NCBI GenBank assembly: GCA_019828565.1
Contig: JAHDYR010000069.1
Coordinates: forward strand, 502,799-566,798
Direction: 5' to 3'
Source of the DNA: Carpediemonas membranifera BICM
Taxonomy: Eukaryota > Protista > Fornicata
DNA: 64,000 bases
Every line of letters begins with the position of its first letter. Positions within the stretch are counted from its first letter, which is position 1. The notes beneath the pieces are model-generated. The model saw nothing but the letters and a program-made list of their open reading frames with translations, had not been told where the DNA came from and did not search any database. Below are positions 47,840 to 57,692 of the stretch, one piece after another. The translations under genes were made by a program, and so were the position numbers.

Positions 47840-49266
47840 TCAAGTATACCTGGCCGGCAGCACACCACCAGGACACAGCCGGGCGAGCATCGTCCTTGCC
47901 TCTCCATGCCGGGGTGATAAATCAAGGGCGCATGAGAGGCAGTCGAACTCATCCTCGTGTCTGCCAGCGATACCCGCGATCTTCGCCCGGAGTATCCAAT
48001 GCTCCACGTTGTCGGGGTCAACCTCACAAGCGTTGGCCACATGTCCTGCCGCCAGCTGCGTGTCTCCAGCATTCAAGGCGGCGACACCGGCTCTGAAATG
48101 GATGGCACCTATCCTCCCTGAGACAATCCTGCTCTCTGGGGCCCGGGTGAGGGCTGCCATGTAGTTCGACATCGCCAGGTCGACGTCGCCAAAGGCCATG
48201 AAGGCGTCACCCCGGCTGGTGCGAAGCGTCGCGTCGTCTGGTGCAATTCTTATGGCCTGGTTGAGCGCTGTGAGCACAACCTCGAGGGGGGCCCCGGCCT
48301 GCAGGTTAGCCATTGCCCCGCTGCGGAGCACGGCGAGGTAAAGCTCCTTCACCCGACCCAGCGGGAAGGCCGTGTGCCGCAGCTCTGTGTCGGTCATCTG
48401 GTTGGCTGCTGTCCATGCCGTCTGCATGTCCTGGGCCGCATCCATGGTCCGACCCTGGGTGTACCGGGACAGCGACCGCGCCACTAGCGCCACGATGCTG
48501 TTAGGGTCGACAGAGAGCACGGATTCAGCCTCAGACTCGGCCTCTGCGTGCCCAGCGATGAGGTGGGCGACAGACTTGGAGATGCCCAGTGACAGACGGG
48601 CTTTGAGTCTAGAGTACAGGGCCAGCCCGCCCCGGTGGTTCGCATCCATCACGAGACACCGCTGGAGAGCTGCAAACGCGTCCGCGTGGTGCTCGTTGAG
48701 GTACATGAGCGCTGCCTCTGCCACGCTGATGTCCGGGTTGGGAGAGGTGAGGCGGATGGCGCGTTGGACATCCTCCAGGGCACTGGAGTACGCCTTGTTG
48801 TATGTGTGGAGCACCGCCCGCTGTAGCAAGGCTGGGGGGATGTGTGTGTGCTGCATTGCCTCGTCAAGGATCATGGCCGCGCCGCTCTTGTTGCCGCGGC
48901 GAAGCGTCGACTGGGATTTGGCGATCAAGATCTCGACAAACAGGGGAGTTACGGTGCGGGTCACCTCGTTGCTGATGTTACAACGTAGAGTGGCCCTGAG
49001 CGAGTGGGTAACGGAGGAAACGTCACCGAGAGCGAGGTAGATGCTTGCGAGAATCAAATGAATGCCCGCTTCTGGGTAAATCAGTGATATAGATACGTAC
49101 GGTCCTTGTTGGTGAACAGCAAGCGTTCGCATAGGGCTGCAGCCTGATCCCAGCGGCCGTCGTCCAGGTGTGCGATGATATCGTGGTAAACAGGCCAATT
49201 GCTGACACCAAGCTTGAAGTAACGGCGGTATTGATCCATAATACCGTCTGTCATTGGAGTTGTCAT
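47840..49266 (-). CDS. TPR-repeat protein, 2 exons (49101-49266, 47840-49071)
   Basis: Multiple TPR-like helix pairs (ALEDVQRAIRLTSP, AIRIAPDD, ACEVDPDN); a 29-nt intron restores the frame. Confidence 0.8.
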
Positions 49267-49541
49267 CGTCTGCAGCGCTTAACGGCGCCTCAAAGTTCTG
49301 GCCGACCTTAAAGTGCACGACGAAGCAAAAGCCCAATACTGCGTCCAGGCAGTAATAGCAGTTTATCCGGGCTGTCCCTAGAGATTAGGTCCCTAGAGAT
49401 TTATACGGGACATCAGACGCTGCTGACCTTTATCACTAGGTACAAACCGTCAGACATGGCAGGTAGCAGAGGTCGGGGTGAAGTTAAGGAGCCTGGTAGT
49501 GACCCCCAACCATCTTCGGGTCTTGGCCATCTCCCATCTGG

Positions 49542-49764
49542 TGGCGGTGTAGCCACGCAGTGGCAGAGATACTTTATCGAAATTTGACTCATCTCTCAGT
49601 CTCCTCGTAAGCTGGGGGACTGGTAAGCTGTGGATATCATATAGATTCAATCAAGATCTGATTTACCCACAGAGATATCGCGGGGATAAGCCTTGGGTGG
49701 AATCAGAGTCAGTTAGAGTCATATTTCGACAAAGTATCTCTGCCATTGCGTGGCAACACCGCCA
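49542..49764. repeat. 49-bp inverted repeat (45/49) with a 125-bp spacer
   Basis: 49542-49590 is the reverse complement of 49716-49764. Confidence 0.85.
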
Positions 49765-49948
49765 TAGTGAGCTGACACTGCAGCACAGCGATGGGCTATT
49801 GACGCGACACAGGCGAGGGTTCTATAGACGTGATGGGCGCGGTCCGAGTCTTATGTACGGGAACGTCAGGCGAGGGGTCACCAACCTGAAGTAAACTATC
49901 TTTATGTGTATATATTCATGACATGTATCAACAGATCGGCACACTCGC

Positions 49949-52900
49949 TCAGTTGCGACCAAGCAACGACCTTATTGTAGCACTGGCGAGCTTCTTCGGT
50001 GCCTGATTAAGCACGCTCAGCGCCACGTGGACCTTGTACTTCCGGTACAACTCGCCCCAAGTCCCCAAAAACTCGCTGTCATCCAAGGCAGCGACCTTAA
50101 ACCGCGCGTCCGTCGTGCTCGCCATGGCCCCTCCCTTGTACGTCAGCCGCACGGGGATGGACGAGATCCGCAACACGCCCACAGATCGGACCGAGCTTGC
50201 CCGTGACAGCATCTCCTGGGCCTCCTTTGAGCGGGTGTTGGAGACGTCCACGGTTGGTGTGGGGGCGTGGGCCCGAGGCGTGTCGTGTGAGATGGCGTGC
50301 GGTGCTTTCATCGGAGACAGAACGAAAGGCGCAGAATTTGACCGCTTCGTCCTTGGCGTCTTCGGGGTTGTGCTAAACACGGACTGTGACCGAACCCGGC
50401 GGGGTGGGCGGGGTGGAGCATCGTCATCGGTCAGTAAAAAGGACGAGATGAAGTCAAGAACATCCTGGGAAACTCGGACGATGAGGGGGGACACCGCGAC
50501 GTCGAGCAGGCTGTACAGTGGAATCCCGGCCAAGATAGTCGGAGGCAGGCGGACTGCGGCAACCGTGACCACGTCTTGCCCGTAGCCCTGCATCTTGGCC
50601 TGGCGCTCCCAGTCACGCTCCACGATGTCCCTGAAGCCGCAGTTCATGGCCTCGTCCAGTGATGTGGCGTTGATGTCATGCACCGACACGCGGACGTCGA
50701 ATGCCCCGTCGTGGCGTCGCACGGTGCCGCTGAGCAGGTCTAGACTAGCGCTGACAACAGGAGTGTCCTCCCCTGCGTCCGCCAGGGTGACCTCGAGGCA
50801 GTCGACCCGGTATTTGATGACAACACCCTCGTCTACCACGCTCTCCTTCTTCAACTCAGCCAGTCGCCGCAGTGTTTTCAGCTGGCTCTCGATCTGGGCG
50901 ACCCTCTTTGCCTTGCTTGGGGCGGGTGGGAGCTCCTTAAGCTTGGCCAGGGTCCGAGTCAGCCTCGCTTGGATCCTGGGCAGCTCCGTATCGTCCAGAC
51001 CTGGGGTGGAGTGGAGGAAGGCGGTGTAGAAGTCCTTGCGGGCGGCAGTACGGCGAACCTCGGCGTCTGGCGGCGGGGTGAGGATGCCTGCGGTGAACGC
51101 CATGATCCGAGAAAACTGGCGCCGGTTGGCGCGTACGCTAACTGCGGGGAAGGCCATCGTGACTTCGAGACGGCCTGCATCCATTCCGCGCTTATTCTGC
51201 GCGGTCTCGATGTGGAAGCGGCCATTAACCGCGGGCATGGATAGGTCGGGGATGGTCCCAATCGTCCCGTGCCCGTCTCCGTCGACGTGGAAGGCGTACC
51301 CGGTGTCGCTGGTAGGTCGGAATACCCGGACGACGGTGCCTTGGCTCATAAGCGTGATGTCATGCGACACACGCACTCTAGTCTGGGACATCACGACCGT
51401 CATCATCGCCTGTGGTGTCACGTGTGTTCGACGCTTATACCCGACACCCGTTCTCCTTGAAAGAAGCAGGTTAAGACCGCGGGGCGACTCGAGCGCGGGC
51501 ACAGGGCCGGCAGCAGGAGCGGGGCGGCCATGCATGACGCCCTTCCACGCCCAGTACAGCGCCTCAAGCCCCGCGAACTCTCCCAAACAGCCGTCGACGG
51601 CCAGGTAAATGAGGCACCGCTCGGCCACAGGGACTGCCAGACCCGGGTGCCGCCCGGCCATGTGCTCTTTCACCGACTGGGCCCTGAGGCCGTGGGTCGG
51701 TCGAGTCCATGGGCTGTCCAGGGGCCTGGGATTAGGGTCCATGGGGGCGACCGCGCCGTGCCAGAGGAAAGAGACGCGGCGGGTCTCGAGGGCGTCTACT
51801 GGTCTGGCTCCGTCGAGGAAGAGGCTGACTGGATGGCTTGGGTCGATGTGGACGCCGGGCATCCATGATTCGCAGGATAGGGGCATGCGGCCGGCCATGG
51901 AGGTCGTTGAGGTTGGGATAAGGGCGAGTCGGCTACAGTCGGCTGCCATTCTCACGAGTGACCATGCAGAGCTATAGACCGGCCCTGCTTCTGTCTGCCG
52001 CATGGACGGGGCAATGTGCCAGCCGACCTCGAAGGCGACGTCTTCAGCCCTGACGAGGGCAATGTCGTTGGACTCTGGCACAGGCGACCGCAGGCCCATT
52101 GCCATGGACGGGGATGAGATTCGGACGACAAGCGACCGGAAGATCCTACCAAAGGAGAGGCCATATGGCTTGACGTCGCGTGCTTCTCTGTTGATGGCGG
52201 CCAGGTGCTTGGGCGGGTTGAAGTAGCGCAGGATAAAGTGGAAGATGAACCAGCGGGCATCCGCGGGACCCAGCATCCACAGGGGCTTAGCGGGGTATAG
52301 GGGGATGCCGCTCACACCAGGCCAGACAATGTCTGTCTCTGAAGGCAAGGGCAGCTCCACTGGGCGACTTATTGGCCGGCCGGCCACTGACGTGTAGAGC
52401 AGGCGGGCCGGTCCACAGTCGGTTAGGGCTAGCGGGCCTACATCGGCCGACCCGCGGACGACGACGTCGAACTCGACCGACTCTGCCCTCAGCGGCTTGT
52501 ACGGGTCGGTCGGGTCGACTGCGGAGTCAGTCCATAAATGATGGTCGACCCGAGGGGCCCGGAAGTCCCACCGGATCTCAGTCACAGTCACTGGGCTGCT
52601 TGTAGTCGGGCCGGCGTACCAGCCGCGGGCCCACCGGAGCTGGTGGGTGCGGAAGAGCATGCGCCGGCAGTCTGGGATGCATACCTCAGCCTGACCCATG
52701 GCTGCGGTGAGCGCGTCCTCTGTGACTCTATACGGGTCCCGGTGCGGCGATAGGAGCCATATCGCCTCAGTCGCCACGAGGTCAAGCCTGCCGTGCAGGT
52801 TAGCCCGCAGCTTGTCGTACCAGTTCACAGGGAGGTACGTAGACCTGCTTGGACCGGTGATAGCGCCCACATGGGCCCTAATAGCGGCCCACACGGGCAT

Positions 52901-54844
52901 GTATGCGGCTGGGTAGGCGAACACGGGACGGTCGGCGTACACCTGTGTGATGTGGTACAATTTGGAGGGGGCCGTTGGTCTGGGACGGAACAGGGTCTGG
53001 CCCGGGGCGACTGGGTACGGCCGCTGGTGGATATACCGGCCGAGCACGGTCCCAGTCCCGGCCACAAGCATGTCGGCGGTGAACTTCGTCATGCGGGCCT
53101 TGTAGAGAGGCACAGGATAGTCTAGCGCTGTTACACGCCATGCTTCGATCTCACCAGCCAGCACGAGTCCGGTTACTCCATCTGCCTTAAACTGCACATT
53201 CTTTGCCTCTCTGGCTGCGGCCTCAGCAGCACGCCACTCAGCGGTGGTGCCATCCTCGAGGATGAATAGCGCGCATCTGCCTGTCTCCGTGTCGCACAGG
53301 GCCTGCGGGGTCGGATCAGAGATGTTGCTTGCGCCTACGGCCCCAAGCCATTGTTTCGCGTGCTTGACGTGCAGCTTATCCAACAGCGCTCTCTGCCTGT
53401 CCGCCGGTGCCGCCTTGAACCTCTCGTCGTCCTCTAGGAGTCTCAGCTGGAGGGCCCTGGCTTCAGACAGTGTCACGCCCAGTCGGTGGATGCGGTGCAG
53501 TTTCGACTCAAACGGAGTCATACGCAGTCGGCCAGTCATCTGGTCTGCCTGGATCCGGAGCCGGAGGAAGGTGGTGTCACTGTCGCTCTCGGCCGCACGT
53601 CTCCTGAGCTTGTTAAACTGAATAAACCCAGTCATCCACGCGTCGAATAAATGACCGGGCTTGGGGTTGACTGGCGCGTCGAGCTCGGCTGAGGCAGTGT
53701 GGAAAGTTACGAACCGGTCAACGCCCTTGGCCTGCACCGGCTCAGGACAAGGCACCGGGTCGTCGTCGAGGCTCGTCTCGTCTGCTCTGGGCGGCGGCGG
53801 GAGTCTACCAATGTTTCGCTCGAGCTCGGGAAGGTCGAACGGGATGGTGTCAATGGCTCCCGGCCCGGTTTTCGCCACGAGAGTGGGACCCATTGCCACT
53901 GAGGCCGCATCGAACGTCAGGCCAGCCAGCCGAGTCGCCTTCAACCTGATAGGGGACTCTGGATGGAATGCCAGAGTGACTGCGCCGCTGTCGATCATAA
54001 ATTGAGGAACAGAGCTAGGCTCAGCCGCAGTTTCACTGGAAGTCGTGTCAGAGCCAACCTGCTTTGGTCGCCTAAGTCCTTTGAGTTCCTTGGCAATTGC
54101 CAGCAGTCTCAGCGCGGTGGGGGTGTCAATGAAGGCGTCCACGGCGCCGACCGTGACTGGACCCAGGCCCACAGATACCGCAGACAGTAGCTGTCCCCTC
54201 GTCGATGTCACGTCGTCGGGTGTCCACCCTTCGTCCGGCAGCGTTACGGCGCACTCGTCCGGGGCGTCGCCCACAGCCACACCGACGGCAGCCACAGCCG
54301 CGTGGATACCACTGGAGTCACGCATGGCCGATATTTGCCGTGCAACTAACCGTGCTTTGACGTCCACGGCCATGTCTGAGGCGACTGGGTTCAGAGATGG
54401 GGGAGTTGTTACCGTCAGCGGGTCATATGTTGGCCACGACGGGTCGGGGGACGGGGTTACGCCATCAGGATGATCTATAAACAGTGCTGGCGGCGATAGC
54501 TCGGGTGGGCAGTGGCATAAGGCGACGCCGTCGACGTTTTGGGCAAACAGGGACACCCTGAGAAGAAAGCACCATGCAAGCGAAATATCAAGTGCTTCAA
54601 GGGTGTATGTGCGGTATGAGAGACTAATACTCTTCAAATCCACAGCAATAAGCCCAAACCCCCTCGTCCGTGCCAGGGTTGTGCGATACTCTGCAAGGAG
54701 CGTCTTCCCAAGCAGGTACAGCTTCATCTGCTCCGAAAGCAGACTTCCAAGGAACGATAGGAACAGGAACTTGATAGAGAAGCCTGTGAAGCGGATGTCG
54801 ACGCTCCCAATCCTCATCGCGCAGGAAGCCCGTCGTCTGAGCAT
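49949..54844 (-). CDS. Bridge-like lipid transfer protein, BLTP2/FMP27/Hobbit/SABRE family
   Basis: FESKLHRIHRLG, WYDKLRANLHG (GFWDK-like), C-terminal Apt1-like EMLSRAS…LTYKG…TWGEL; start uncertain. Confidence 0.8.
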   Translation of the reverse strand: MLRRRASCAMRIGSVDIRFTGFSIKFLFLSFLGSLLSEQMKLYLLGKTLLAEYRTTLARTRGFGLIAVDLKSISLSYRTYTLEALDISLAWCFLLRVSLFAQNVDGVALCHCPPELSPPALFIDHPDGVTPSPDPSWPTYDPLTVTTPPSLNPVASDMAVDVKARLVARQISAMRDSSGIHAAVAAVGVAVGDAPDECAVTLPDEGWTPDDVTSTRGQLLSAVSVGLGPVTVGAVDAFIDTPTALRLLAIAKELKGLRRPKQVGSDTTSSETAAEPSSVPQFMIDSGAVTLAFHPESPIRLKATRLAGLTFDAASVAMGPTLVAKTGPGAIDTIPFDLPELERNIGRLPPPPRADETSLDDDPVPCPEPVQAKGVDRFVTFHTASAELDAPVNPKPGHLFDAWMTGFIQFNKLRRRAAESDSDTTFLRLRIQADQMTGRLRMTPFESKLHRIHRLGVTLSEARALQLRLLEDDERFKAAPADRQRALLDKLHVKHAKQWLGAVGASNISDPTPQALCDTETGRCALFILEDGTTAEWRAAEAAAREAKNVQFKADGVTGLVLAGEIEAWRVTALDYPVPLYKARMTKFTADMLVAGTGTVLGRYIHQRPYPVAPGQTLFRPRPTAPSKLYHITQVYADRPVFAYPAAYMPVWAAIRAHVGAITGPSRSTYLPVNWYDKLRANLHGRLDLVATEAIWLLSPHRDPYRVTEDALTAAMGQAEVCIPDCRRMLFRTHQLRWARGWYAGPTTSSPVTVTEIRWDFRAPRVDHHLWTDSAVDPTDPYKPLRAESVEFDVVVRGSADVGPLALTDCGPARLLYTSVAGRPISRPVELPLPSETDIVWPGVSGIPLYPAKPLWMLGPADARWFIFHFILRYFNPPKHLAAINREARDVKPYGLSFGRIFRSLVVRISSPSMAMGLRSPVPESNDIALVRAEDVAFEVGWHIAPSMRQTEAGPVYSSAWSLVRMAADCSRLALIPTSTTSMAGRMPLSCESWMPGVHIDPSHPVSLFLDGARPVDALETRRVSFLWHGAVAPMDPNPRPLDSPWTRPTHGLRAQSVKEHMAGRHPGLAVPVAERCLIYLAVDGCLGEFAGLEALYWAWKGVMHGRPAPAAGPVPALESPRGLNLLLSRRTGVGYKRRTHVTPQAMMTVVMSQTRVRVSHDITLMSQGTVVRVFRPTSDTGYAFHVDGDGHGTIGTIPDLSMPAVNGRFHIETAQNKRGMDAGRLEVTMAFPAVSVRANRRQFSRIMAFTAGILTPPPDAEVRRTAARKDFYTAFLHSTPGLDDTELPRIQARLTRTLAKLKELPPAPSKAKRVAQIESQLKTLRRLAELKKESVVDEGVVIKYRVDCLEVTLADAGEDTPVVSASLDLLSGTVRRHDGAFDVRVSVHDINATSLDEAMNCGFRDIVERDWERQAKMQGYGQDVVTVAAVRLPPTILAGIPLYSLLDVAVSPLIVRVSQDVLDFISSFLLTDDDAPPRPPRRVRSQSVFSTTPKTPRTKRSNSAPFVLSPMKAPHAISHDTPRAHAPTPTVDVSNTRSKEAQEMLSRASSVRSVGVLRISSIPVRLTYKGGAMASTTDARFKVAALDDSEFLGTWGELYRKYKVHVALSVLNQAPKKLASATIRSLLGRN

Positions 54845-54954
54845 GACCCGCTCAACTCAACTGGACAGCCATCACCCCGGTCGATGTCAACCCAAGTCGG
54901 TGTCAGTGTGGCAGTGTGGGGCGTAAATCAACAGATTCTCCTAAAACTGCACGA

Positions 54955-56313
54955 ATGTTCGCTTGCAACCGCCCCAGCGAATCTCTTCTCGATCCAGACC
55001 AGCAAAAGGTGTGGAGCAGAGGATTCCATGGTACAGATCTAGGCATCACATCAGCCAATGAAATTGAGGAGAACATCGATGACTTCTCCGACGATGACGC
55101 TCCTCCAGCCGCTCGGCCGCCTGTAATCAGTCATGATGCGCTTTATCACAGTGGATGGATTGACTACGACCTCCGCCTTCGCTCCAAGATGACCAAACGG
55201 GCGTTTGGCACGATCCAAGCTGATTCCCTCGTGCTCTACAGAAGCGAGGCCTGCGACAAGGCCATCATGCGCCTCCCACTGCCCGGAGCGATGGTTGGTA
55301 GAGCAGACGACACTATTGAGCTTACTCTCGACCCGACAGTCTCAACCGTGCAGACGATCTGCCTCCAGTCCGACCCCGACGCCCTGGCCGGCTGGTACTC
55401 CGCGCTTAGGTCAAAGATAGCCGAGATGGAGTATAGGAACAACGTGGTGGGGCTCAAGGCAGTCGACTCGGCGACTGAGTGCCACCCCAAGGTGCTCGAT
55501 TTCCTCAAGAACAGCAACGAGCTCACATCCTTCGCGCTCAAGGACGATCGGCTTAATATTGTGGACTTAGAGGCCCTGGCGAGGTCATTTGCGGTCAGCC
55601 AGAGGATAACCAAGATCGAGTTGACATCAGTCGAGGTTGGTGAAATCGGATGTCAGATAATCGCTGATATGATGCAACAGAACGGAACCGTGGTTGATTT
55701 GACTCTTTCAAACTGCGGTGTCAGTCGAACCGCAGTCAGCATGCTCGGCAAAGCCATCCAGTCACACCCGACTTTGACCCGACTTGACCTGAATCACAAC
55801 GACCTCCAGGAAGGCGGCATGGAGCTCATGCTGAGCCTGACTACTTCTGACTCGCCCCCGCCGTTGTCCTACCTGGATGTATCGTACTGTTCCATGGGTA
55901 CAGGCACTGTTGCTGGTCTGATCAACTCTCTCCAGGCCAAGACCCTGCCCGTGGTTTCTCTTTTTCTTGCTGGCAACAGCATGGATGCTACAACGGTGAT
56001 GATACTGGCCAACTGTCTTGGTTCGGTCCCTCTCCGTCGACTCGACCTGACTCACTGCGGGTTGACTCCCGACCACATCATAACCATCTCCACATGCCTG
56101 CCCGACTCCAAGCTAGAGCATCTAGCCATCAGCAAGAACACGCTGAACACTGAGGCGGCCATCATGTTTATCGACTCTGTCTGTGCAACTCCGTCGTTGA
56201 ACTCGATCGTGCTTGACTCCATGGCGGGATGGTCGGCAGACGCGGTGGGGTATATCAGCCAGCTTGTGGGCAAGTGGTCCGTGGAGGAGATGGTCTTCGG
56301 GTCGGAGTCATGA
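54955..56313 (+). CDS. PH domain plus RNI-like leucine-rich repeat protein
   Basis: HSGWI…LVLYRSE…WYSALR (PH), then LxxLxLxxN repeats. Confidence 0.8.
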   Translation: MFACNRPSESLLDPDQQKVWSRGFHGTDLGITSANEIEENIDDFSDDDAPPAARPPVISHDALYHSGWIDYDLRLRSKMTKRAFGTIQADSLVLYRSEACDKAIMRLPLPGAMVGRADDTIELTLDPTVSTVQTICLQSDPDALAGWYSALRSKIAEMEYRNNVVGLKAVDSATECHPKVLDFLKNSNELTSFALKDDRLNIVDLEALARSFAVSQRITKIELTSVEVGEIGCQIIADMMQQNGTVVDLTLSNCGVSRTAVSMLGKAIQSHPTLTRLDLNHNDLQEGGMELMLSLTTSDSPPPLSYLDVSYCSMGTGTVAGLINSLQAKTLPVVSLFLAGNSMDATTVMILANCLGSVPLRRLDLTHCGLTPDHIITISTCLPDSKLEHLAISKNTLNTEAAIMFIDSVCATPSLNSIVLDSMAGWSADAVGYISQLVGKWSVEEMVFGSES

Positions 56314-56441
56314 GTGGGCCGGGGGGGGGTGGTAAAGTTCTTCGTCTCGACTGGCATGGGTGTGAGAGGAAGTTACTGGCCATGTACACTCGCCATCACA
56401 TAAGTCACCTATCAGTGCAATATTTATCGTGCAGGTTAAGC

Positions 56442-57602
56442 TCATCTCTTGGGTGTCCGCTTTGGAGTTCCGCGTATGGGGAGCCGAGCCCGAGTGACCC
56501 TGGCCGCGGGTGTGCGGGGCACGGTGGTGACTTCCATTGAGAACTCATCGAACACAGTAGCCTCTGCCATGCTCGCCTTGATCTCAGATGCCTGGGGCGT
56601 GCCGGGTGGCGACGATATAGTCTCGGCTCGACAGAGCTTCGACTGCGGCTTGGTCTGCCGTGACTTGGTGTCCTTGTATGGTGTATTCCGGTGCTTAGGC
56701 CGACTCTGTTTTCCAGGCTTCCGCTTGGTGCTCTTGGGGGTGACTGGCTGGCTTGGTGTCTTCCGTCTAACCGGCGTCGCCCACAAAGAGGTCCGGGACG
56801 GTGTCTCCTTTTGCAACCATGCGTCACCCGTGTGTACTGTTCTCGGCGTGCCGTGGGCCCGCTGGGAACGGACGAAAGCGGGGGCCTGATCAGCGAGGAC
56901 GGACGAGAGCTCCGCCACAGCTGATTTCAGCGCTTCGTCGGTAGCAAACCCACAGGATATTGGTACAGAATGCTCTAGGGTGCGACTTGTCGCCTCAATG
57001 GCCGGCTGGATGCAGTCTTTCACGCCGTACACGATGAGCACAATTTGATTTCCGCGAATGAGAAGGTGGAATGGTCGAATATGAAGCACACGATGATACA
57101 TAGCTTCGTTGATGCCAGAACTGTCTTCAGATAGCTTCGCTACATCTTGCCACGCCTGTTCCATAAACAAGGCTGGAATGTGGTACTTCCCGTCGGAAAG
57201 AAGCATAGTTTTCGACCCAAGTGAGCATCTATACACCCCTAATGATACCTCAGCCCTGTTCTCAGCTCCTGGCGTCTCCAGTAGCTGTGTCAATGTGCGG
57301 CCGTCCATGATGACTTGCACGTCAGTCGCACCTTGGACGGTGTGATGTGTGAGATCAGTGACCGGAGTCTGGGCTGGCTCCCCAGTTTCTGGAGTACGAG
57401 CCACGCCTCCCAGCCGGACTAGAGACAGCTCATTCCCGCGGACGAGGACGGGGCGGCAAGGGTCTGGGATGGCGTCCTGGATGTGGGGCCGGGCTAATGA
57501 CGAGAGGGGCTGAGTCCCAGGCAGCAGGAGGGGTACGGGGTCCAGAGGTCGTTCATCCGCATCGTCTCGAGTTCTTCTCTCCGTGACTGCCCTCGCCGCC
57601 AT
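56442..57602 (-). CDS. Hypothetical protein with a possible TPP1/Est3-like OB fold and a basic disordered tail
   Basis: LLSDGKYHIPALFMEQAW…VLHIRPFHLL pattern; TP/K/R-rich C-terminus. Confidence 0.5.
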   Translation of the reverse strand: MAARAVTERRTRDDADERPLDPVPLLLPGTQPLSSLARPHIQDAIPDPCRPVLVRGNELSLVRLGGVARTPETGEPAQTPVTDLTHHTVQGATDVQVIMDGRTLTQLLETPGAENRAEVSLGVYRCSLGSKTMLLSDGKYHIPALFMEQAWQDVAKLSEDSSGINEAMYHRVLHIRPFHLLIRGNQIVLIVYGVKDCIQPAIEATSRTLEHSVPISCGFATDEALKSAVAELSSVLADQAPAFVRSQRAHGTPRTVHTGDAWLQKETPSRTSLWATPVRRKTPSQPVTPKSTKRKPGKQSRPKHRNTPYKDTKSRQTKPQSKLCRAETISSPPGTPQASEIKASMAEATVFDEFSMEVTTVPRTPAARVTRARLPIRGTPKRTPKR

Positions 57603-57692
57603 ATGACGAAAGGTAAATAGCAGCCCGGTAGAGTTGCACGCGTCAGCCGCGTCCCCTCTGAAGTCGAAAAGTCATCCGCAGTTTATGTCACT

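Noticed and set aside
47460-47840. Short ORFs between ARP5 and the TPR gene
   Set aside because: No homology cues; partly explained by ARP5 exon 1 and its promoter.
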